Under the pieces are notes generated by a model. It made no database searches, was not told the origin of the DNA, and saw only the letters and a list, made by a program, of their open reading frames with translations. A stretch of 54,163 nt of DNA from Gallionellaceae bacterium (GTDB lineage: Bacteria; Pseudomonadota; Gammaproteobacteria; Burkholderiales; Thiobacillaceae), in assembly GCA_028695325.1 (NCBI GenBank), contig JAQVJE010000003.1, positions 1 through 54,163 on the forward strand, written 5' to 3'. Of this stretch, positions 10,602 to 22,382 are shown piece after piece. Within the stretch, counting starts at the first letter, position 1. Every line of letters begins with the position of its first letter. Made by a program: the position numbers and the translations under genes.

Positions 10602-10961
10602 TCAGTTTTGTGCGATGGCGCGTTTGTGACCCTGGTCGTCGAGACAGACGAAGGTCACGGTGGTGGCGAACACGGCATCCTCGGCGCCGCTGTCGATGTC
10701 GTCGCAGTACACCGTGACGTGGTAGCGCACCGAGCTGTTGCCCATCTCGCCGCGGTTGACCGAGAAGCGCAGTATGGCGCCCTGGCGCACGCTCTTCCTG
10801 AACTCCACCCGGTCCATCGCCACGGTGACGAACTTGCAGCCTGGGAACTCCCGGCTGGCGGCGATCCAGGACACCTCGTCCGTCCACCTCAGCATGTTGC
10901 CGCCGAACAGGTAGCCGTAGTGGTTGAGGTGTTCGGGAAGGACGAGTTTGTAGCTTTCCAT
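10602..10961 (-). CDS. Acyl-CoA thioesterase (hotdog fold)
   Basis: VLPEHLNHYGYLFGGNMLRWTDE, VTVAMDRVEF. Confidence 0.9.
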   Translation of the reverse strand: MESYKLVLPEHLNHYGYLFGGNMLRWTDEVSWIAASREFPGCKFVTVAMDRVEFRKSVRQGAILRFSVNRGEMGNSSVRYHVTVYCDDIDSGAEDAVFATTVTFVCLDDQGHKRAIAQN

Positions 10962-10971
10962 GGCGGACGGA

Positions 10972-13707
<2,736 letters not shown>

Positions 13708-13784
13708 GGAGATTAAGTTACCGTCAGGATTAAGGAAAATCGCTCAATGTTACCATAGCGGCCATTACCATCTCCTTCGCAGCC

Positions 13785-14210
13785 ATGGCTTTCCAGTCGA
13801 CCCTACGGCGCGTGCGCGCGCTTATCGGCCAGGACCGCACCCTGGCCGCGCTGCTGCCCGAGGCAGCACGGCTCAACGAGCTGAACGGCCACCTGGCCCG
13901 GCTGCTGCCCAAGGCCGTGGCGCGCGCCTGCCAGGTGGTGGCGACGAGCAGCGGCGAGGCGCTGATCTACTGCGGCAACGGCGCGGCCGCCGCGCGGGTG
14001 CGCAGCCAGGCCGCCAGCCTGGCGCGCGCGCTGGCGGTGGACAGCGTCAGGGTGCGCGTGCAGGCTGGCTGGGCGCGCCCGGACCGTCCGGCCAAGGCCG
14101 GCCTTGGCCGGCGCGCCCTGGCGGCCTGGGACGAACTGGAACACGAACTGCCGGAGGGCGACCTCAAGAGCGCCATCGACCGCCTGATCGCGCATCACGG
14201 CAGGCGCTGA
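13785..14210 (+). CDS. dciA: DciA/DUF721-family protein
   Basis: Divergent from secA (usual position). ~140 aa with NGAAAARVR pattern. Confidence 0.7.
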   Translation: MAFQSTLRRVRALIGQDRTLAALLPEAARLNELNGHLARLLPKAVARACQVVATSSGEALIYCGNGAAAARVRSQAASLARALAVDSVRVRVQAGWARPDRPAKAGLGRRALAAWDELEHELPEGDLKSAIDRLIAHHGRR

Positions 14211-14227
14211 TCACGTAAAATCAGGCC

Positions 14228-14842
14228 ATGATCCCGAGCGACAACCTATTCCTGATCGGTCTGATGGGGGCGGGCAAGACCACCATCGGCCGCATGCTGG
14301 CCAGGCACAAGGACATGCAGTTCCTCGATTCCGACCACGAGATCGAGGCCCGCTGCGGCGTCTCCATCCCGACCATCTTCGAGATCGAGGGCGAGGAGGG
14401 TTTCCGCCGCCGCGAGGTGTGCATGATCGACGAGCTGACCCGTCGCCACGGCATCGTCCTCGGCACCGGCGGCGGCGCCGTGCTCAACCCGCTCAACCGC
14501 GAGCGCCTGAAGGCGCGCGGCGTGGTGATCTACCTGCGCTGCCAGCCCCAGGAGCTGTACCAGCGCACCCGGCACGACCGCAATCGCCCGCTGCTGCAGA
14601 CCGAAGACCCGCTGGCCAGGCTGCAGGCCCTGTACGAGCAGCGCCACCCGCTCTACATGCAGACCGCCGACATCGTCCTCGATACCGGCCGCCAGAGCGT
14701 GCACTGCCTGGTGCGCAAGCTGGAGGGCGTGCTCGACCTGTCCGGCGGCGAGCCGGCGGCCGGACGGGTGGAGGAGGCGCTAGACGCGAGCTGCGCGGAC
14801 CTGGCGCTCGACCAGATAGGCGAGCGCCAGCCACGGCCATAG
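14228..14842 (+). CDS. aroK: Shikimate kinase
   Basis: LIGLMGAGKTTIG, DSDHEIE, EGEEGFRRRE, GTGGGAV, RPLL. Confidence 0.95.
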   Translation: MIPSDNLFLIGLMGAGKTTIGRMLARHKDMQFLDSDHEIEARCGVSIPTIFEIEGEEGFRRREVCMIDELTRRHGIVLGTGGGAVLNPLNRERLKARGVVIYLRCQPQELYQRTRHDRNRPLLQTEDPLARLQALYEQRHPLYMQTADIVLDTGRQSVHCLVRKLEGVLDLSGGEPAAGRVEEALDASCADLALDQIGERQPRP

Positions 14843-15814
14843 CGCCGCCAGGTGGCGGGCGAGGCCGACCAGGTTGAGCAGGCTGCCGGACGGCCACAGG
14901 GGCGACGGCACGTACCACAGGCGGCCGGCCACGACCACCGCAAGCAGGCCGATGGCGACGACATGGCGGTGGCGCGACACCGACGGCAACAGCAGCAGCC
15001 AGAGCGCCAGCACATAGGCGGCCAGGGTCTCCAGCGACAGTATGCCGCCCAGCACGCGCAGCTTGAGCAGCACCGCCGCCACCACCAGCTTGAGGGCGAA
15101 GCTGGCCAGCAGGGTCAGAAGGATCGCGCTGGCATAGCGTCCGGGGCGCAGCAGGCAGCCCACGAAGGCGCCGAGCACGGTGATCTCCAGAAACATGGCG
15201 ACGAACCAGGGCAGGTTGATCTGGTCGATGCGGGCCGGCGGGCTGTCGACCGGCCGCAGGTGCAGGTCCAGCCAGCCGACGCCGGGCTGCGGCAGCAAGG
15301 CGAACTGGCTCAACAACCAGACCAGCAGCAGCCAGAGGCCGAGCGTAGCGACGCCGTGCGGCAGGAACCAGCCGGCGCGCCAGCGCCGCAGCGCCCGCCA
15401 GGCACGCAACCAGCGTGCATGATGCAGGGCCAGCAGCCCGCCAGTCAGGGCGCCCAGGCTGTTGAGGAAGACGTCCAGGTTGGAGTCGATGCGACTCGGC
15501 AGGTGGGCCTGCACGCCCTCCAGGGCGACGCTGAGCAGGCTGCCGGCCAGCCAGGCCAGGGCGATGGCGACGCCACGCCGGCCTGGCCGCGACAGGCGCA
15601 GAGCCAGCAGGTAGCCGAACGGCAGGTAGGCCAGCAGGTTGGTACTGATGTCGTTGCGGGTGAGGTAGCGCGGCAGCGGTGCGGACAGGAAGTCGAAGGA
15701 GGTGGACAGCGGACCATGCCAGCCGACAAATGGGTACAGGCTGGCGACGACGATCAGGGTGCCATAGGCGGCCAGGACGTAGTCGAGGGTGCGCGGTCGG
15801 GTGGTTGTGTCCAT
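14780..15814 (-). CDS. VanZ-family membrane protein
   Basis: SLYPF, NLLAYLPFG, LS..LE..Q..LPSR...D...NSLG, multiple TM segments. Confidence 0.85.
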   Translation of the reverse strand: MDTTTRPRTLDYVLAAYGTLIVVASLYPFVGWHGPLSTSFDFLSAPLPRYLTRNDISTNLLAYLPFGYLLALRLSRPGRRGVAIALAWLAGSLLSVALEGVQAHLPSRIDSNLDVFLNSLGALTGGLLALHHARWLRAWRALRRWRAGWFLPHGVATLGLWLLLVWLLSQFALLPQPGVGWLDLHLRPVDSPPARIDQINLPWFVAMFLEITVLGAFVGCLLRPGRYASAILLTLLASFALKLVVAAVLLKLRVLGGILSLETLAAYVLALWLLLLPSVSRHRHVVAIGLLAVVVAGRLWYVPSPLWPSGSLLNLVGLARHLAALWPWLALAYLVERQVRAARV

Positions 15815-15879
15815 GGCGGACAGTTGGTTACTCTCGGCCGATGATGGCACGAGGGTGCCCAATTCGAGGAGAAATAACA

Positions 15880-16839
15880 ATGGATTTCGACGTCTTCAAC
15901 GGCGATGCCGACGGCATCTGCGCCCTGCACCAGCTGCGCCTGGCGGAACCGCGGGAGGCCGAACTGGTGACCGGGGTCAAGCGCGACCTCGCCCTGCTCA
16001 AGCGGGTAGCCGCCCATTCCGGCGACCGCGTCACCGTGTGCGACATCACGGTGGAGAAGAACGCCGCGCCGCTCGCCGCCCTGCTCGCCGATGGCGTGCG
16101 GGTGACCTGGTTCGACCACCACAACCCGGGCGAGATGCCGGCGCATGCCAATTTCGACGCCCACATCGATACCGCGGCCGAGGTCTGCACCGGCCTCCTG
16201 GTCGACCGCTACCTGGGCGGCCGTTACCGGGCCTGGGCGGTGGCGGCGGCTTTCGGCGACAACCTGCACCAGGCGGCGCGCGCGGCGGCGGCGCCGCTCG
16301 GCCTCGTCGAAGCCCGGCTCGCGGCCCTGCGCGAACTGGGCGAGTGCCTCAACTACAACGGCTACGGCGACAGCGTCGACGACCTGCACTTCCATCCCGC
16401 CGAGCTTTACCGGCGCCTGCACGGCTATGCCGACCCCTTCGCCTTTGTCGCCGAGGCGCCCGAGTTCGCCGCCCTGAAGGCGGGCTACCAGGCCGACATG
16501 GCCCTGGCTGCGGCGCTGCAGCCGCACGAGGCGCGGCCTTCGGGGGCGATCTACCTGCTGCCCGACGCCGCCTGGGCGCGCCGGGTGTCGGGCGTCTACG
16601 CCAACGACCTGGCCACCCGCCACCCCGACCGCGCCCATGCCCTGGTGACCCGCTCGCCCAGGGGCCACTACGTGGTCAGCGTGCGCGCCCCGCTCAGTAA
16701 CCGGGTCGGCGCCGACACCCTGTGCATGCGTTTCCCCAGCGGCGGCGGCCGCAAGGCTGCGGCCGGCATCAACGACCTGCCGGAGACCGGCCTGGACGCG
16801 TTCGCGCAGGCCTTCTTCGAGACCTGGCCGGGCGCCTGA
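15880..16839 (+). CDS. DHH-family phosphoesterase-like protein
   Basis: FNGDADG, FDHH, C-terminal GGGRKAAAG. GAGGAG RBS. Confidence 0.85.
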   Translation: MDFDVFNGDADGICALHQLRLAEPREAELVTGVKRDLALLKRVAAHSGDRVTVCDITVEKNAAPLAALLADGVRVTWFDHHNPGEMPAHANFDAHIDTAAEVCTGLLVDRYLGGRYRAWAVAAAFGDNLHQAARAAAAPLGLVEARLAALRELGECLNYNGYGDSVDDLHFHPAELYRRLHGYADPFAFVAEAPEFAALKAGYQADMALAAALQPHEARPSGAIYLLPDAAWARRVSGVYANDLATRHPDRAHALVTRSPRGHYVVSVRAPLSNRVGADTLCMRFPSGGGRKAAAGINDLPETGLDAFAQAFFETWPGA

Positions 16840-16891
16840 GCGGCCTTCCTGCGCTGGGGCAGGCCGCGTCGCCGGGCATGTTCGGCCCGCC

Positions 16892-18307
16892 TCAGGGGGT
16901 CGCGGCCAGGATGGTGTTCGGGCGCTGGAAGTACTGCGCCGCCGCCACCACGGCGTCGCGCATGCGGATCGGCGACCCGCGCAGCATCGGCTCGACCAGG
17001 CTGCGCACGGCCTGGCGGTGGTTCCAGTATTCCGCGTAGGCGCGCGGCTGGCGGTCCGGGTAGTTGCGGTCGTAGTCCTGCCGGTACTGTTGCTCGGTCA
17101 TGCCGTAGTGGGTCAGGATGTCGAGCAGGGCAAACGGGAACATGCTCGAGGTGAGGCGGCCGGCGCTTTGCGCCGCGCGCCCCTCGGCGGTGCCGGCGAA
17201 GCGTTCCATCTCCAGGGCCAGGCGGTTGATCTCGTTGGTCAGGTAGCGCTTGCGTCGTTCCTGCCAGAGGCCGCCGAGGGCGGTGTTGATCATCGCCAGG
17301 GCCTCGTCCTGGTTGTCGTTGACCTGGCGCCAGAAATACATGTGGAAGCCGGTCGAGGTGCTTTCCGAGAACAGCAGGTACCAGCCGGGCACGTCCCACC
17401 AGCGGTAGCGACGCCAGACGTAGCTGCCGGTGCGCTGCTCGGGCGGCAGCTCGCTCAGGCTGCGCCGTTCCTCGGTGTGCGGCGCGTTCCACATCTCCGC
17501 GGTGCCGGCCAGGAAGGAGCGGCTCTCGATCAGGTAGCGCACGTCGTTGCGCGACCAGAAGCGGTTGAGGTCCTCCCAGCCGGCCGGCGTGTTGTGCATC
17601 TGGCCGAAGAAGGTGCCGAGGCCCTCCTCCAGCGGCAGTTCCTGCTCGGCCATCAGTTCGGACACGTAGTGGTCGCCGTCGCCGCCGTAGACGATGCTGA
17701 TTGAGCCCCACTTGGTCTTTTCGCCGACGAACTGGGTGTGGAAGGTCTCGTGCAGGATGGTGCCCTCCCAGGCCAGCCAGCCGCCCGGCCGGCCCTGGAT
17801 CTGGCCGCTGGCCAGCTCGCCCAGGCGGATGACGCCGCGGTAGCGGTCGCCGGTGGCGGGCGCCACCGAGGCCGCTGGCCAGACCGCCGTCTTGCCGCCG
17901 ATGCTGGAGGTCGAGAAGATGCCATTGTTGGTGAGACCGGTGCGGTCGTCGACCAGCAGGTAGATCTCGTCGGTCTTGCCGCCGTTGATCTGGGTGACCT
18001 GGTCGACCCGCCTGCGCAGGGCCTGGCCGCTCTGCAGGACGTCGTAGGTGCGCAACATGTTGGCCGGTGCCTGGGCCCGGAAGGTGGCCCGGTTGGCGGC
18101 GGTGATCTCCACCCCCTTGTAGCCGGTGGCCAGGCCCTCGAAATGGGTGGCGCCCGGGAAGGCGGCCTCGATGGTGGCGGAGGGCGCGACGAAGACGAAT
18201 TGCATCGTCACCGCCGCCCAGGCCTGGCCGGCCAGGAGCAGGCCGGCGGCCAGGAGGCCGGCCCATGCCGGGCGGGCGCTCGATTGCCAGGTTGATGTCG
18301 TGCGCAT
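16892..18307 (-). CDS. Secreted putative zinc metallopeptidase (operon gene 7)
   Basis: Signal peptide ending AWA, ILHETFH (HExxH, 17738-17752), downstream EEGLGTF. AGGAG RBS. Confidence 0.75.
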   Translation of the reverse strand: MRTTSTWQSSARPAWAGLLAAGLLLAGQAWAAVTMQFVFVAPSATIEAAFPGATHFEGLATGYKGVEITAANRATFRAQAPANMLRTYDVLQSGQALRRRVDQVTQINGGKTDEIYLLVDDRTGLTNNGIFSTSSIGGKTAVWPAASVAPATGDRYRGVIRLGELASGQIQGRPGGWLAWEGTILHETFHTQFVGEKTKWGSISIVYGGDGDHYVSELMAEQELPLEEGLGTFFGQMHNTPAGWEDLNRFWSRNDVRYLIESRSFLAGTAEMWNAPHTEERRSLSELPPEQRTGSYVWRRYRWWDVPGWYLLFSESTSTGFHMYFWRQVNDNQDEALAMINTALGGLWQERRKRYLTNEINRLALEMERFAGTAEGRAAQSAGRLTSSMFPFALLDILTHYGMTEQQYRQDYDRNYPDRQPRAYAEYWNHRQAVRSLVEPMLRGSPIRMRDAVVAAAQYFQRPNTILAATP

Positions 18308-18318
18308 GGTGGGTCTCC

Positions 18319-20409
18319 TTAGGGCAGTTCGTCGACGAACAGGATGGCGTCGCTGGTGGTCTTGCGCCCCGAGGACACCGTCTTGTTGCCGGGCAGGCGC
18401 CAGCTGATCTCGTAGCCGTAGTCGTACTGGTTGGCGGGCAGCATGAACTCGACCCGCTCGGACAACTGGCCCTTGGCCGGGTTGAGGCTGACCGTGCGCG
18501 ACTGCTCGACGCCGCCCAGGCTGTAGTACAGCTTCACCGTGATGGCGCGCACCCCGGCCTGGCCGATCAGGGCCGGGTCGGCCTGCAGTTCCACCGTGCG
18601 GCGCTGGTAGGGCGGCGCCAGGTTGATGGCGCCGGTGCTGGCGCGCTGCCAATCGCCCTCGATGGCGTTGCCGCCGAAGAAGCTCCAGGCGGTCTTGTAC
18701 TCGTAGTCCATCCAGCGGCGGCGGTCATTGTCGCCCTTCCAGCCGTACAGAAGCTTGAAGTTGTTGCCCTCCTTGTTGAAGTTGTTGCGGTCGATGCGCA
18801 CCTCGTCATCGGTGATCTGGCCGCCCTGGTGGGTCTTGCGCAGGCGCACGTTGACGAAGTTGACATACTGGCCGAAGTCCTGCGCGTTGAGGCCGTCGAC
18901 GAAGGCGACGATCTCGCGCTGGCGGAACAGCGGGTCGTCCAGGTTGACCTCGCGGAAGTGGGCGGCATCGCCCTTCAGGCTCCTGAGGTCGCCGATGTTC
19001 TCGTCGAAGCGCAGGGTGAGGGTGTCGCTGTTGTACTTGTTGAGGTCGATGCGGAAGATGCCGCGCTGCCGCACCTTCTTCATCTCGTAGGCGGCGACGA
19101 TGGCGAAGGCGGGCTTCGCCACCTCTTCCTTGCGTGGGGCCCGGCGGTCCGGGTCGGGGTCGCCGACGGCGCGGCTGACCGGGGCCTGGCTGGTCTCCTG
19201 GGGCGGCTGCACGGTCTGCCGGGCCTGGGCCGGCACCGCCGGTCCGGCCTGCTCGGCGGGCACCTGCTGGGCGGCCGAGATGTCCCTGGAGTCGCTGCGG
19301 CCGCCGGGCTGGGCGGTGGCGGCGGGTGGCGTCGGCTGGGTGGCGGTGGCGGTAGCGGTAGCGGGCGGCGGGGTGGTACGGGTCGCCGCGGCGCGTTCGT
19401 CGGCGGCGCGGTTCTCGGCCCGGATGCGGGCGTTCTCCTGGTCGGCCTCCTGGCGTGCGCGCTGCAGCTGGGTGCTGGCGCGGTCGAGCAGGCTGCCCTG
19501 GCCGCCGGCGGCGCCGGCCAGGCTGGTGAGGTCCGGCGTGCCGGTGCCGCCCATGGGGGCGAACATCATGTCGGCGATCTTGTTGTAGGCGGTGGTGATG
19601 AGGGCATCGAGCTTCTCGTCGGCGCCGACCTGGGTGAGCTTGATGGCGCCCTTGCGGGTGAGGTCGTCGAAGGCGGTCTTGATCTCGGCCGACAGGTAGC
19701 TGCTGGCCAGACCGGCGCCGAAGGCCTGGTGCTCGTAGATCTGGTCGAAGTCGGCCTCGATGACGGCGCGGTGCGGCGAGCGGAAGCCGGTCATATCCAT
19801 CTCGAAGGAGAACGAGATGTCCGGCGTCGGGGTGTTGAACGACTCCCACAGCACCTTGGCGCCCTGCTTGGTCAGCTGCATCGACACCGCGGCCTTTTCG
19901 CCGTCCAGGATGGGGGCGTTGCCCAGCCCCACCACCTGGGTGGTGAAGCCGCCCTGGGGATCCTTGAACGAGGAAACCAGTCCGAACTTGCCGGACTTGA
20001 ACACCACCGGCCCCTCGATGCGGGCGCCCGGCCTGACCCGTTGCAGTTCACGGCGGGCGTCGCCGAGCTGTTCCGGGCTGACCGCGAGTGCCACCACGGC
20101 GTGCACGATGCCGCCGCCCTCGCCCTCGCGCGCCTCGGGCTGGTCGGCGCCGGAGCGCACGTTGTCGACGTAGCGCAGGAAGGAAAACTGCGGCCGGCCG
20201 TTGGCGTCGGTGGCCAGGCGCGGCTTGTCGGACACGTAGTAGTAGACCTTGTCGTCGTTGAGGTCCGGGAACAGGGTCAGCTCGCCGGCCTTGACCGGCT
20301 TGTCGAGCAGTATCTGCTGTGCCCACGCCGGCAGCGTCGCCGCCAGCATGGCCAGGGCCAGGCCGCGCAGAGCCAGGCCCTGCATCAGTTTCGTCTTGGT
20401 GCGCATCAT
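18319..20409 (-). CDS. Secreted hypothetical protein, paralogue family member with Pro/Ala/Thr-rich insert (operon gene 6)
   Basis: Signal peptide, YYYVSDKPRLATDANGRPQFSFLRY, FREVNLDDPLFRQREI, C-terminal LFVDELP. Confidence 0.85.
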   Translation of the reverse strand: MMRTKTKLMQGLALRGLALAMLAATLPAWAQQILLDKPVKAGELTLFPDLNDDKVYYYVSDKPRLATDANGRPQFSFLRYVDNVRSGADQPEAREGEGGGIVHAVVALAVSPEQLGDARRELQRVRPGARIEGPVVFKSGKFGLVSSFKDPQGGFTTQVVGLGNAPILDGEKAAVSMQLTKQGAKVLWESFNTPTPDISFSFEMDMTGFRSPHRAVIEADFDQIYEHQAFGAGLASSYLSAEIKTAFDDLTRKGAIKLTQVGADEKLDALITTAYNKIADMMFAPMGGTGTPDLTSLAGAAGGQGSLLDRASTQLQRARQEADQENARIRAENRAADERAAATRTTPPPATATATATQPTPPAATAQPGGRSDSRDISAAQQVPAEQAGPAVPAQARQTVQPPQETSQAPVSRAVGDPDPDRRAPRKEEVAKPAFAIVAAYEMKKVRQRGIFRIDLNKYNSDTLTLRFDENIGDLRSLKGDAAHFREVNLDDPLFRQREIVAFVDGLNAQDFGQYVNFVNVRLRKTHQGGQITDDEVRIDRNNFNKEGNNFKLLYGWKGDNDRRRWMDYEYKTAWSFFGGNAIEGDWQRASTGAINLAPPYQRRTVELQADPALIGQAGVRAITVKLYYSLGGVEQSRTVSLNPAKGQLSERVEFMLPANQYDYGYEISWRLPGNKTVSSGRKTTSDAILFVDELP

Positions 20410-22355
20410 TGGCCTCCGCCGATCACGTCCTTGAAGCGGTCGAGCACCTTCTCGGTGGTGCCGGTGACCGCGGCCCTGGCCGCCTCCTTGGCGGCCTCCT
20501 TGACCGCCACCTCGGCCAGCAGTTCGGCCGGGATGGCGGCGTAGATGTAGTCGTCGCCGACCTGGGCGCTCCAGGGCAGGGCCAGCTTGCCCTCGGTCTT
20601 GTGGTTGACCACCAGGCGGTAGGCATAGCCCTTGGCGCCGCGGTCGGTGAATATCCGCTTGCTCACCAGGGGCTGGCCCTGGGCCGGCGAGAGGTGGATG
20701 TTCTCCTCCACCTCCTGGCCGAAGCGCGGGTAGTGCACCTGCACGGTGACCCGGGTGATGCCCGACTCCTGCATGGCCTGGAGGTCACCCTCCACCTCGA
20801 GGGTGCGCGGCACCACCGGCGGCGCCAGGGTGACGCCCTCCCAGCTGCCCTTTTCCCAGGCCGGGTTGGCCGGCCACACGTTGCCGCCCTTCAGGCTCCA
20901 CTGCGCCTGGTACTCGTACAGGTCGGGGTTGCGGTCGTCGCCGCGCGCGTAGGTGACCGTGGCGTTGATGCCCTTTTCCTTCAGGTAGCGGGCGTCCAGG
21001 GTGACGCGATCCTCGAAGGCCCGGCCGCTGCTGCGGTTCTTGCGCACGTTGACGGTGACGTAGTTGATCGCCTCGTCGAAGATCTCCTTGGCGTCGAGGT
21101 CGAGGATGAAGTTGATGTCGCGGTGTTGGAAGAAGGGGTCGTTGAGGTTGACGCTGGCGACGCACTTCGGGTTGTCGCGCACGCCGTTGTACCAGGAGGC
21201 CAGGTTGCCGACCAGCTGGTAGGGCCGCTTCACCGCGATGCGGTAGTTGAGGTCGAACACCTGGGTCTTGCGCGCGAAGGCCTTCTTGAACGACGAGGTC
21301 TTGTAGGTGTACTTGTCGCCGGTGCGGATGTTCGGCTTCTCTTCCTTGGCCTTGTCGTCCTGCGCCGGCGGCACCTGGGCCTCGGGCTGCTCGGGCTGCG
21401 CCATGGTGTTGAGGAAGAACTGCAGGAAGGCATCGCGTATCTTGCTCACCCGCTCGTCCGACAGGGTCTCCTGGAACTCGAACTTGACCACCTGCTTCTC
21501 CTGCAGGAATTTCCACTGCTCGGCGGTCTCCTCGTAGCTGTACGAGTAGGTCGCCGAACTGGAACTGGCGCAGAAGATCAGGAAGCAGGATTTCTTCGAC
21601 TGGGTGCCGGTGCGCTTGCGCTCGTATTCGGCGGCGAAGGTCTGGCCCTCCTTCTCCAGCTTGGACCAGTCGAAGGTGATGCGGCCCTTGGCGGCCGGGG
21701 TGAGGGTCTGGTAGCCGAAGTTGAGGGCGATCGACAGGTCGGTGATGGAGCGCGCCTTCTCGAAGGTGGCGGCCATCAGCTGGGCACCCTCGGCGGTCAG
21801 GCGGGAGGCGGTGGCGACCTTGCCGCCGGGCACCAGGGGGGCCTTGCCGGAGGTCACCACGGAGGGCGCCAGGCCCTTGTCGGTGAGGGTGGCGGAGACG
21901 ATCTGGAAGCTGGCCGCCTCGCCGCCCTCGCTTTCCATGGGCACCGCGCCCTTGAGCTGGGCGTTGCGGTTCTGCTGCTTGAGCTTGGCGGCCAGGTCGG
22001 CCTCCTGGGCCGGGGTGAGGCCCCACTCCATGAGGAAGTGCATCAGGGCGCCGCTGATGCCGCCCTGGGCGGCGCTCTGCTCGGTGGTGAACTTGAGGAA
22101 CAGGAACTCCGGCGTGCGGTCCGGCCGCTGCGACAGGCGCAGGTTGACCGGCAGGTAGTAGTAGTTGGCGCTCTTGATGCCGCGCGTCGCACCGGCCTCG
22201 CCGTACAGGGTCACCTGGGTGCCGTCGGACAGGGTGACGTCGAGGCGGTTGTCGTCGTCCAGCACCACCGCGGCGGCGCCACCAGCCCAGGACAGGACGG
22301 CGGCGGCCAGCAGGGAGCGGAACAGCGTGTGCAGCGATCTTTGTGTGTTTGTCAT
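20406..22355 (-). CDS. Secreted hypothetical protein, paralogue family member (operon gene 5)
   Basis: Signal peptide, YYYLPVNLRL...PEFLFLKF, SGKAPLVPG, VNLNDPFFQHRDI. ATGA overlap with gene 6. Confidence 0.85.
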   Translation of the reverse strand: MTNTQRSLHTLFRSLLAAAVLSWAGGAAAVVLDDDNRLDVTLSDGTQVTLYGEAGATRGIKSANYYYLPVNLRLSQRPDRTPEFLFLKFTTEQSAAQGGISGALMHFLMEWGLTPAQEADLAAKLKQQNRNAQLKGAVPMESEGGEAASFQIVSATLTDKGLAPSVVTSGKAPLVPGGKVATASRLTAEGAQLMAATFEKARSITDLSIALNFGYQTLTPAAKGRITFDWSKLEKEGQTFAAEYERKRTGTQSKKSCFLIFCASSSSATYSYSYEETAEQWKFLQEKQVVKFEFQETLSDERVSKIRDAFLQFFLNTMAQPEQPEAQVPPAQDDKAKEEKPNIRTGDKYTYKTSSFKKAFARKTQVFDLNYRIAVKRPYQLVGNLASWYNGVRDNPKCVASVNLNDPFFQHRDINFILDLDAKEIFDEAINYVTVNVRKNRSSGRAFEDRVTLDARYLKEKGINATVTYARGDDRNPDLYEYQAQWSLKGGNVWPANPAWEKGSWEGVTLAPPVVPRTLEVEGDLQAMQESGITRVTVQVHYPRFGQEVEENIHLSPAQGQPLVSKRIFTDRGAKGYAYRLVVNHKTEGKLALPWSAQVGDDYIYAAIPAELLAEVAVKEAAKEAARAAVTGTTEKVLDRFKDVIGGGQ

Positions 22356-22382
22356 GGTGCCATCCTTCCTGGGGTTGCGCAT

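Noticed and set aside
14228-14842. aroK located away from aroB/pilQ
   Set aside because: Possibly a second copy or a simple rearrangement, which cannot be judged from this window.
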